Assembly (NCBI GenBank): GCA_002716355.1
Contig: PBAU01000009.1
Span: forward strand, 1-32,000
DNA from: a bacterium
GTDB taxonomy: Bacteria > UBP7 > UBA6624
DNA: 32,000 bases
Direction of reading: 5' to 3'
The notes below the pieces were generated by a model that made no database searches, was not told the origin of the DNA, and saw nothing but the letters and a program-made list of their open reading frames with translations. Made by a program: the position numbers and the translations under genes. This document shows, piece by piece, positions 16,907 through 24,207 of this stretch (the stretch's first letter is position 1; each line of letters opens with the position of its first letter).

Positions 16907-17350
16907 TTATTTTGTTTTTTTGATAAGTCGAATATTATTGATTTCAATTTCTTTTGTTAGTGATTTTGTCATATCGTAAATGTTCAATAATGCAATCATT
17001 ACTGCATTTATTGCTTCTATCTCAACCCCTGTTTCAGATTTTGTTATAGTTTTTGAAGTGACTATCATGGAGTTTTCCTTCCATTTGATTTCAATTTTTA
17101 CATTTTTTAAATTTATTTGATGACAAAGGAGAACTAGATCCGATGTTTTTTTTGCAGCATTTATTCCTCCCAATTTTGCAACAGTAAGGATGTTGCCTTT
17201 CTTGCTCTTCGGGTCTTTTTTAATTTTTTGAGCAATTTTTTCAGGAAATGTTATTGAGCCTTCAGCAGTTGCTGTTCTTGTTGTGGTTTGTTTTTTTGAA
17301 ACATCAACCATGCTAACACCCCCTTCATCATCTAGATGTGTTAAATTCAT
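16907..17350 (-). CDS. moaC: Cyclic pyranopterin monophosphate synthase MoaC
   Basis: 'LTHLDDEGGVSMVDVSKK', 'KGNILTVAKLGGINAAKKTSDLVLLCH' and 'TGVEIEAINAVMIALLNIYDM' are MoaC motifs. I prefer ATG 17350, which forms a TAATG overlap with the moaE stop and has an AGAGGAGA RBS. The track start is 17371. Confidence 0.9.
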   Translation of the reverse strand: MNLTHLDDEGGVSMVDVSKKQTTTRTATAEGSITFPEKIAQKIKKDPKSKKGNILTVAKLGGINAAKKTSDLVLLCHQINLKNVKIEIKWKENSMIVTSKTITKSETGVEIEAINAVMIALLNIYDMTKSLTKEIEINNIRLIKKTK

Positions 17351-17718
17351 TAATTTATCTCCTCTTTCCATACAGGTAATCTTTTTTTACATTCTTCAAG
17401 AACCCATTCTGCTGCCTCAAAAGCTTCTTTTCTGTGTGGAGCTAATATGCCAATTTGTATAGATCTTTCTTTTGGTTTTATTTTTCCAGAACCATGTTTA
17501 ATTATGATTTCTTTAATGTCCCATTTTCCTTCTGCTTGTTTTGCAATTTTAGACCCTTCACTTTCAAGCATTTCTTCATACACTTCATAATTTATAAATC
17601 GAACTTTTTTGTTGTTGTTGGGACTTCTGACAGTTCCTTCAAAAAGAACCCAAGCCCCAGAATTAGCCCTGAAAGGTCTTTCCAGTTTTTTCAATTTACC
17701 TTTTTGGAATATTTTCAT
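17350..17718 (-). CDS. moaE: Molybdopterin synthase catalytic subunit MoaE
   Basis: 'GAWVLFEGTVR', 'INYEVYEEM', 'IGILAPHRKEAFEAAEWVLEECKKRLPVWKEE' match MoaE. The gene overlaps moaD by 4 nt. Confidence 0.85.
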   Translation of the reverse strand: MKIFQKGKLKKLERPFRANSGAWVLFEGTVRSPNNNKKVRFINYEVYEEMLESEGSKIAKQAEGKWDIKEIIIKHGSGKIKPKERSIQIGILAPHRKEAFEAAEWVLEECKKRLPVWKEEIN

Positions 17719-17936
17719 CCTCCAGACATAGGTGGCAAAAATGCAATTTCAGAATTTCTCGGAACTTTTTGGCTCCAGTCGCAAAATTCAAAATTCAAAG
17801 CAGGTTTGATCTTCTTTTTTTCTAATTTGATCTCTTGGTCCCATATTTTTTTTAAAGTTATATTTTCTTTCCAATCTATTTTTTTTTCTTTCCAGCCTAG
17901 CTCTTTTGCCAAGTGTCCAAAAAGCAGTATCTTCAT
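17715..17936 (-). CDS. moaD: Molybdopterin synthase sulfur-carrier subunit MoaD
   Basis: 73 aa ending in 'PPMSGG' (ubiquitin-like C-terminal Gly-Gly). It sits between moaA and moaE. Confidence 0.8.
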   Translation of the reverse strand: MKILLFGHLAKELGWKEKKIDWKENITLKKIWDQEIKLEKKKIKPALNFEFCDWSQKVPRNSEIAFLPPMSGG

Positions 17937-18896
17937 TCAGCCTCCAATTTGAGACAAGGACATCCAAGTCTCCTCTTTTGTCTTCAAAGGATTATAAGTT
18001 CTTTTGTTTTTTATGGCTCTTTCGATCATTTCTTGAAGGTTTCCAATATTTTTATTTCTCAATTCATGTTTTAAATCGATACCTTTATTTTGATAGAGGC
18101 ATACAAATAATTTTCCATCACATGATATCCTTAACCTGGTACATTTGTGACAACCAGGGTCAGAAGCGGCTGCAATTAATCCAATTTCCTTTTTTGATTT
18201 ATTTATTTTTCTGTAAACCGCAGGGCTTAATTTCGATTCTCTAGTGTTGTTCTCCTTGGGTAAAAGCTCAGTTAACTTTTTTTCAATATCTTTTGCGGAA
18301 ATGAATTCATTTTTATGATAATCTGAAGTGGATGAAAATGACATCAATTCTATAAACCGCAAGCTTACCTCATGCTTTTTAGCAAAATCTATAAATTTAG
18401 GAATTTCATTGAAGTTTGTGTTTGTGACAACTGTGTTAATTTTTACATTACTGAAACCCAGTTTCTGTGCTTTTTTTAAAGATTCAAGTACCTTTTGAAG
18501 GTTCCCATTTCCGGTTGTTTTTTTAAATTTACTTGAATCAAGAGAATCTATACTGATGTTAATGTTGTCTATTCCTGAAATAATTAGGTCATTTATTTTT
18601 TCTGAAAGGTAGTGTCCATTAGTAGTTATTGATATTTCTGGTTTTGGATCAAGTGTTGAAAGCATTTGAACTAATTTGTTCAATCCCTTTCTCAACAGAG
18701 GCTCTCCCCCTGTAAGTCTTATTTTTTTTAAGCCAATAAGGGCATTAAAAATTTTTGCCAATTCAAAGTATTCTTCTATTTTCAGAAATTTATTATTTTC
18801 AATTGAGTTGATGTTCCCATTAGGTAAACAGTATTTACATCTGTAATTGCATTTATCAGTTAGCGATATGCGAAGATATTCTTGTTTAACATCCAT
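17937..18896 (-). CDS. moaA: GTP 3',8-cyclase MoaA (radical SAM)
   Basis: 'ISLTDKCNYRCKYCLP' (CxxxCxxC), 'IRLTGGEPLL', a C-terminal Cys cluster 'CHKCTRLRISCDG' and the terminal 'IGG'. Confidence 0.92.
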   Translation of the reverse strand: MDVKQEYLRISLTDKCNYRCKYCLPNGNINSIENNKFLKIEEYFELAKIFNALIGLKKIRLTGGEPLLRKGLNKLVQMLSTLDPKPEISITTNGHYLSEKINDLIISGIDNINISIDSLDSSKFKKTTGNGNLQKVLESLKKAQKLGFSNVKINTVVTNTNFNEIPKFIDFAKKHEVSLRFIELMSFSSTSDYHKNEFISAKDIEKKLTELLPKENNTRESKLSPAVYRKINKSKKEIGLIAAASDPGCHKCTRLRISCDGKLFVCLYQNKGIDLKHELRNKNIGNLQEMIERAIKNKRTYNPLKTKEETWMSLSQIGG

Positions 18897-19320
18897 TTTT
18901 TATTATTTTTTTAATTTTTAGAAATATTTTTTCAGGGCTATCTTGATTGTCCCAACCATAGGTTTTAATTTTATGTTCTATTGTCTTAATTGATAATTTT
19001 AGTAATTTATCTTTTTTGGGAAAGATAACTAATTTTGCATCTTTTTCATTTTTTAAAACATTATTAAGTTCCATTGTTATTTTTGGGAAAAGGGTTAAAA
19101 AATCAAATACATTTTCTTGATTATGTATGTATTTAATCTTTAAGTAATGTTCATTGTCTTGATTAATTATTTTTCTTTCAGTCCAGTTTTGATTCGTTCC
19201 GGATATCCATAAAACATTTATATCTTGTTGTTTTGCAAGTTTCTGCGCTATATTCCAATATTTTTTTTTATGGTTTTTTCCATTTGAGGAAATGCTTCTT
19301 GATAATGCGATTATTTTCAT
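18886..19320 (-). CDS. Hypothetical 144-aa protein
   Basis: The ORF overlaps the moaA start by 11 nt and begins 2 nt after the NUDIX stop, so it appears to be translated within the operon. I recognised no motif. Confidence 0.45.
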   Translation of the reverse strand: MKIIALSRSISSNGKNHKKKYWNIAQKLAKQQDINVLWISGTNQNWTERKIINQDNEHYLKIKYIHNQENVFDFLTLFPKITMELNNVLKNEKDAKLVIFPKKDKLLKLSIKTIEHKIKTYGWDNQDSPEKIFLKIKKIIKNGC

Positions 19321-19321
19321 C

Positions 19322-19813
19322 TTATCTTCTTTTGGACAGATATTCTTGAATGAATTTATTATGACAATGAAAAGGTATCATTGGAAGGTTTTCAAATTCA
19401 AAAAAGCTTAAATCCTGCGCATCGTCTCCGGCTTTTATTTTAGAAAAATTGGATACTTTCATTTCAACAGCAATTGAGAGTATGTCTCCAAAAATTGTTC
19501 CATAATGAGAGCACGTTCCAATCATCCCAATAACTTCTCCATCAAGGTTAGTTTCCTCTTTGAGTTCACGTCTTGCTGCCTCTTCAAGTGTTTCCCCCAA
19601 CTCCATAAAGCCACCAGGAAGTCCCCATTCTCCTATTGCCGGTTCAAACGCCCTTTTGGCCAAAAGAATTTTATTTTTTTTTAGGCATATTATCGTTGCT
19701 GTTGGTTTTGGATTTTGATAATGAATTGTTATGCATTTTTCACAATGGTATCTGTTTCTGCCCTCAATGAAGCTGAATGTATTTTTGTTGCCACATATTG
19801 AACAGTATTTCAT
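19322..19813 (-). CDS. NUDIX hydrolase with an N-terminal zinc ribbon (NudC-like architecture)
   Basis: 'CSICGN...HCEKC' forms the zinc ribbon. The Nudix box is 'GLPGGFMELGETLEEAARRELKEETNL'. Confidence 0.85.
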   Translation of the reverse strand: MKYCSICGNKNTFSFIEGRNRYHCEKCITIHYQNPKPTATIICLKKNKILLAKRAFEPAIGEWGLPGGFMELGETLEEAARRELKEETNLDGEVIGMIGTCSHYGTIFGDILSIAVEMKVSNFSKIKAGDDAQDLSFFEFENLPMIPFHCHNKFIQEYLSKRR

Positions 19814-19880
19814 ATTTAAAAATAATATCTAGCTCAAAATCTCACTATTTTTTGTATATTGTATTTTTGGCAATTTTTAT

Positions 19881-20831
19881 TCAATCTACTGAAAGGCCTA
19901 ATTTTTTGAATATTCCCTTATAGGAAATTTTCCTTTCAGATGAATTGATCCTGTTTGCACTCATGCCTAATGATATGTTAATTAAGTCAGTTGAATACAT
20001 TACGGGTATTGGATCACTATTTATTCCAAGCTTTTTCATTATCTCTTCTTGGTATTTATCTATCGCCTCAAGACCTCTTGGATCAAGTGTTGCTATGACC
20101 TCAGCATTGCTTTCATGCGCATCCTCAATTATTGGAGTTATTATTTTTAATGCATATTTTTTGGAAATATTATTAAATTCATTTGATCCATGCTTTTTTA
20201 ATTCTATTGTTAAATAGCCACCAAGCCACCTATTGAAAGAGCCCCATTTGACACATTTTCCTCCTGATTTTTCAATTAGAGATGAAATCACAAAAGGATT
20301 ATCTGGATGATCTGATTGAACTTTTGACATTGGTCTCATGAGTTCAGGAGGCGTATGTACAGCTATCCTCAAAGGGTCAAATTGTTCTTCTCTGTCGTTT
20401 CCCAGCTTTCTTATAATCAATCTGTCAAATTTTTTCCCACCTGTTTGAGCTTTAATTAAATGGAGAATGTTAACTGCTTTGAATCTTCCAGCATAATCGA
20501 TCTCAAGAGATTTGACCATTTTGTCTTTTATCTTTTTGTATTGAGGTTCTTCAAGCCTGCTTATAGCTTTTCTGTAAATTTGATAAAGTAATGGGTCAGC
20601 TATAAAAAGTTTATCGTTTCTAGTTGTTTTTTCAGCAATGCATAGATTCCTTAAGGTGTATGCTAAAAATTTTGTTTCATCCGTTAAATAAGGCCCTTCT
20701 TCACCCGTATCGCTCCAATTTTGGATTGTTTCATCATCAATTCCTAATTGTCTTAAGCAAACAGAGATGCTACTTTCAAAATTTTTATATACTGAAGACA
20801 GCATGCCGGATTTCATTATTGTTACCTTCAC
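19881..20831 (-). CDS. HdrB-like protein (two CCG-type domains) with every canonical cysteine position substituted
   Basis: By-eye collinearity with the HdrB/CCG-domain architecture: 'ISVCLRQLGID', 'LRNLCIAE', 'IAVHTPPELMRP', 'DHPDNPFVISSLIEKSGGK', 'RWLGGYL' (at the position of '.CCG.GG'), 'AEVIATLDPRGLEAID' (at the position of 'A..IV..CP.C..Q.D') and 'IPVMYSTDLINISLGM'. It overlaps the upstream partner by 4 nt (GTGA). Confidence 0.6.
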   Translation of the reverse strand: MKVTIMKSGMLSSVYKNFESSISVCLRQLGIDDETIQNWSDTGEEGPYLTDETKFLAYTLRNLCIAEKTTRNDKLFIADPLLYQIYRKAISRLEEPQYKKIKDKMVKSLEIDYAGRFKAVNILHLIKAQTGGKKFDRLIIRKLGNDREEQFDPLRIAVHTPPELMRPMSKVQSDHPDNPFVISSLIEKSGGKCVKWGSFNRWLGGYLTIELKKHGSNEFNNISKKYALKIITPIIEDAHESNAEVIATLDPRGLEAIDKYQEEIMKKLGINSDPIPVMYSTDLINISLGMSANRINSSERKISYKGIFKKLGLSVD

Positions 20832-21388
20832 TCTTCTCCCTCACTCCCTTCCTTTAAGGATTGGTTGAATGTAAAGAATCCAGGTAAATCCTGGATCTCT
20901 CTTAATGGCATTCTTTCTTCTTCCTCTTCTTCATCCCCACGGAGAAGTTTCTGGAAAAAACCTTTCTTTTTCTCCTCTTTTTTTTCTTCTTTTTCAAATC
21001 CAATGTCAGATGGTTGGATCCTGCCCCAATTTTCCAAAGGGGATATGAAGGAATTGTAGAAATCAAAAACAGGATTGTCCCTTGGGGCCATATTTCTTTT
21101 TATGGATTCAAATCTGAGCCATTCCAAAACTTTTTCAATATCTATATCTTCAGGAGCTATGTCTGTAGCGCAAAAAGCATCTTGCATTAACCATATGTCT
21201 ATTGAGGAAAGTATTGATTCGTCATTGGTCAATATGCCATTTATTATTCTTGATAGGCCATTTTTGCATATGTTTCTAGAAGGCATAGATCCATCTCCAG
21301 CCCACCAATGTTTTAATGGCATTAAGTTAATGCCCGTATCTTGCTTCAGTTTTTCATGAAGATGAGCAATTTTTGAAGAATCTTCCAT
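20828..21388 (-). CDS. HdrC-like 2x[4Fe-4S]-ferredoxin-fold protein with all eight Cys ligands substituted, plus a charged low-complexity C-terminal tail
   Basis: 'LKHWWAGDGSMP' sits where 'CxxCxxCxxxCP' is expected. 'SRIINGILTN..ILSS.DIW' is the inter-motif helix. 'LMQDAFCATDIAPEDIDIEKVLEWLR' sits where 'CxxCxxCxxxCP..idi..v...lR' is expected. The tail reads 'EKEEKKEEKKKGFFQKLLRGDEEEEEER'. Confidence 0.6.
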   Translation of the reverse strand: MEDSSKIAHLHEKLKQDTGINLMPLKHWWAGDGSMPSRNICKNGLSRIINGILTNDESILSSIDIWLMQDAFCATDIAPEDIDIEKVLEWLRFESIKRNMAPRDNPVFDFYNSFISPLENWGRIQPSDIGFEKEEKKEEKKKGFFQKLLRGDEEEEEERMPLREIQDLPGFFTFNQSLKEGSEGEE

Positions 21389-21444
21389 CTTTTGAATTCT
21401 ATTGTTTTTTAAGAATATTATTAACTAAATTAGAATATTCGTTA

Positions 21445-22611
21445 ATGAAGTTTACTCGTGCAATTGAAAGTTTGAAGCCGGAAGGTGCTTTTGTTGTCCT
21501 CGCAAAGGCGAAAGATTTAGAGTCGCAAGGTAAAGAAATAATCCATTTGGAAATTGGTCAGCCTGATTTTCCAACACCTGCGCATATAGTTTCAAGTGCT
21601 AAAAAATCTTTGGATAAATCTTGGACACATGGATACACTCCATCCTTAGGCGTTATTGAATTGAGAAAAGCTATTGCAAAAGATCTTTCAGAAAGAAGAG
21701 GTGTTTCTTTTGGGCATGATGAAATAATTGTTTGCCCTGGAGCAAAACCAGCGTTAATGGCCACTGTTTTAGCATTAGTTGAACCGGGCACTAAATTGCT
21801 TTATCCAGATCCTGGTTTTCCTTCTTACCATTCTCTTTCTTCTTTTGTTAATGCGCAAGGTGTCGGTATTCCTCTTTTGGAAAAAAATGATTTTTCTTTT
21901 GATTTAAACTTCCTGGAAAAAGAGATTAAAGGTGCTTCTTTATTGATATTAAACTCTCCTGCAAATCCTACTGGTGGTATTTTGAAAAAGGAAGATCTTA
22001 AAATCATAGCTAATCTTTGTATTGAAAATAATGTTGCTGTTTTGAGCGATGAGGTTTATTCAAGAATGTGTTATGACGAAGATCATGTGTCTATAGTTAC
22101 GATTCCAGGAATGAAAGAAAGAACTGTTCTTATAGATGGCTTTTCAAAAACTTATGCTATGACTGGTTGGAGAGCTGGGTATGCTGCAGCTGATAAATCT
22201 TTAATTGACAAGTTGGGTTTGTTCATGAATAACAATACTTCTTGTGTTAACGGAATGACCCAGGCAGCTTGCATAAGCGCTATTGAAGAGAGTCAAGACC
22301 CTAGTGAGATGATGATTCAAGAATTCAAAGAAAGAAGAACACTTATAGTAGATGGTCTCAATAAGGTTCCGGGATTTTCATGTAGAAATCCTGGTGGTGC
22401 TTTTTATGCTTTTCCGAATATTAAAAATACCAATATTAGTGGCAAGGCTATAAGTGATCATATGCTTAATAAAGGTGTTGCTCTTCTTCCTGGGGAAGAT
22501 TTTGGAAAATATGGAGAAGGTTACATACGTCTTTCGTATGCTAATTCAAGAGAGAACATATCCAAAGCGATAGATATTTTGATTGAAGAAGTACCAAAGA
22601 TATCTAGATAA
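21445..22611 (+). CDS. Pyridoxal-phosphate-dependent class I/II aminotransferase (aspartate aminotransferase-like)
   Basis: 'LEIGQPDFPTP', 'LNSPANPTGG', 'VLSDEVYSRM', 'GFSKTYAMTGWRAGY' (PLP Lys present) and 'IRLSYA'. I prefer ATG 21445 ('MKFTRAIESL') over the track's TTG 21373, which overlaps the divergent gene. Confidence 0.88.
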   Translation: MKFTRAIESLKPEGAFVVLAKAKDLESQGKEIIHLEIGQPDFPTPAHIVSSAKKSLDKSWTHGYTPSLGVIELRKAIAKDLSERRGVSFGHDEIIVCPGAKPALMATVLALVEPGTKLLYPDPGFPSYHSLSSFVNAQGVGIPLLEKNDFSFDLNFLEKEIKGASLLILNSPANPTGGILKKEDLKIIANLCIENNVAVLSDEVYSRMCYDEDHVSIVTIPGMKERTVLIDGFSKTYAMTGWRAGYAAADKSLIDKLGLFMNNNTSCVNGMTQAACISAIEESQDPSEMMIQEFKERRTLIVDGLNKVPGFSCRNPGGAFYAFPNIKNTNISGKAISDHMLNKGVALLPGEDFGKYGEGYIRLSYANSRENISKAIDILIEEVPKISR

Positions 22612-23502
22612 TTGAATAATAAAGAAATTTCGAATATTTTAGAGAACTTTATCCCAACCATTTATAGAGATATGCTAGGTGCAAGAGATTGTTCCAATTT
22701 AACTATGGATGCCTATTCGAGACATTGGAAAAATTTTATTGAGTTGATTCGTTTAAACAAATTAGGGAACAATCCTGATAGGTATGTAGAAAAATACATG
22801 TTAGTTTTGAATGAGCAGCAATTATCCTCAGCCTCAATAGATCAGGCTTTATCCGCAATTAGAACTCTTTTAAAATTTGTTTTTTCAAGAGGTGGACCTG
22901 AATTAAATTTGGGAAAAAATATTAAAACAAAAAAAAATGAAAAATTACCTAAAATTTTATCTGAAAAACAGGTTAAAGATGCTATTTCTTACTATAAGGG
23001 TGAAAATGAAATCACGCTTAGAAACAGAACTCTTTTAGAGATTTTGTATTCAAGTGGTTTGAGGGTGAGTGAAGCTGTATCTGCGCTTATAAAGGATATT
23101 TATATTTCTGAAGGCTATATAAGAATTAAAGGTAAAGGGGGCAAATTCAGACAAGTTCCAATAGGCAAAGAGGCATTACTTTGGATTCAAAAATATTCTG
23201 TCAATAGTGATGGTAAATATTTATTTCCTAGCAAAAAATCAAAAACTCACATTAGTAGAAAAACTGCTTTTCTTGCGGTTAAAGAGGCTTTAGCTTCAAT
23301 CGGTATTGTTCAAGAGGGTTATGGACCTCATGTTTTTCGACATGCTTTTGCTTCACATTTGCTTGAAAGAGGTGCAGATTTAAGAGTGATACAGGAGCTT
23401 TTGGGGCATTCTGATATTGAAACTACACAAGTTTACACTCATCTTCTTGAAAGAAATGTTAGATCGTCTTGGGAACAATTTCACCCTCATGCTAAAAATT
23501 AA
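22612..23502 (+). CDS. Site-specific tyrosine recombinase, XerC/XerD family
   Basis: 'LRNRTLLEILYSSGLRVSEA', 'IRIKGKGGKFRQVPI' and 'HVFRHAFASHLLERGADLRVIQELLGHSDIETTQVYTHL' supply the R..H.R..Y catalytic set. The length is about 296 aa. Confidence 0.88.
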   Translation: MNNKEISNILENFIPTIYRDMLGARDCSNLTMDAYSRHWKNFIELIRLNKLGNNPDRYVEKYMLVLNEQQLSSASIDQALSAIRTLLKFVFSRGGPELNLGKNIKTKKNEKLPKILSEKQVKDAISYYKGENEITLRNRTLLEILYSSGLRVSEAVSALIKDIYISEGYIRIKGKGGKFRQVPIGKEALLWIQKYSVNSDGKYLFPSKKSKTHISRKTAFLAVKEALASIGIVQEGYGPHVFRHAFASHLLERGADLRVIQELLGHSDIETTQVYTHLLERNVRSSWEQFHPHAKN

Positions 23503-23520
23503 TTATCTATAATTTAGTAA

Positions 23521-24207
23521 ATGAATTTTTTAATCATTCTTAGTTTTGTTTTTTTTGAACCGATTACAGTTCAAGGAGAGCCCATTACGTTTAATAATCT
23601 TGATGATAGGACACAGATTGATTTTCCCCAAGGTGGTGAAATTTCAGGTCCAGGTTTTTCAATTAATGCAAATTATCTTTTTGGTGAGTATTTTCTAGAT
23701 AAATCATTTTCAATGAGGGGTTCGAAAGGTGTTTTTTTTGAAGGTGATTCCATAAAGGTGAATGGTTATGAATTGATGTTCAAGAATGATTTGGTTAGTA
23801 TATCAGAATCAGTAAATGGCTATTTTCAAGATTTTGAATTTGAGTCAAACTTGATAATCATGGATATTCAAAAAAATCATTTTATCCTTAGGGGAAAAGA
23901 AGAAAAACCTTTAATTTCCAATAACTTTTTTTCAATTAGTGCAAATTTTATTAAACTTGACATGCATGATAAATTTTTAAATGCTGAAGAGGATGTTCAT
24001 TTTGATTTTGACAAAAATTCAATGAATTTCAATGGCACAGCTTCATCTTTTCGATATAGTTCTGATTCAGGTTTCTTAAATTTTTATGATGTATTTTTAC
24101 ACAATAATAAAGGGTACGATCTTAAGGCTGAATATTTAGAATTAAATGAAGTCAAAAAAGAATTAAATTTAAGTGGTAATTTTGATATTAGGTTGAAAGA
24201 TGATTAG
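23521..24207 (+). CDS. Secreted protein, possibly OstA/LptA/LptC-like beta-jellyroll (tentative)
   Basis: Hydrophobic N-terminus 'MNFLIILSFVFF'. Repeated segments of the form 'a.l.ld....l.l.GN..i' are present ('ISANFIKLDMHDKFLNAEEDVHFDF', 'LKAEYLELNEVKKELNLSGNFDIRL'). This is only a weak by-eye resemblance. Confidence 0.35.
   Translation: MNFLIILSFVFFEPITVQGEPITFNNLDDRTQIDFPQGGEISGPGFSINANYLFGEYFLDKSFSMRGSKGVFFEGDSIKVNGYELMFKNDLVSISESVNGYFQDFEFESNLIIMDIQKNHFILRGKEEKPLISNNFFSISANFIKLDMHDKFLNAEEDVHFDFDKNSMNFNGTASSFRYSSDSGFLNFYDVFLHNNKGYDLKAEYLELNEVKKELNLSGNFDIRLKDD

Noticed and set aside
21389-21444. An 8-nt direct repeat 'agaatatt' (21412-21419 and 21432-21439; the second copy extends to the palindrome 'gaatattc') in the 56-bp divergent spacer between the HdrC-like gene and the aminotransferase. 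It could be an operator.
   Set aside because: Short AT-only repeats are expected by chance at this base composition, and I found no supporting -35/-10 geometry. It is worth only a glance if a regulator is later identified.
22612-23502. The tyrosine recombinase as a marker of an integrated mobile element or prophage
   Set aside because: It has the length and motifs of chromosomal XerC/XerD. It is flanked on both sides by housekeeping genes (aminotransferase, miaA, nfo). There is no tRNA, direct repeat, excisionase or phage/transposon gene nearby.
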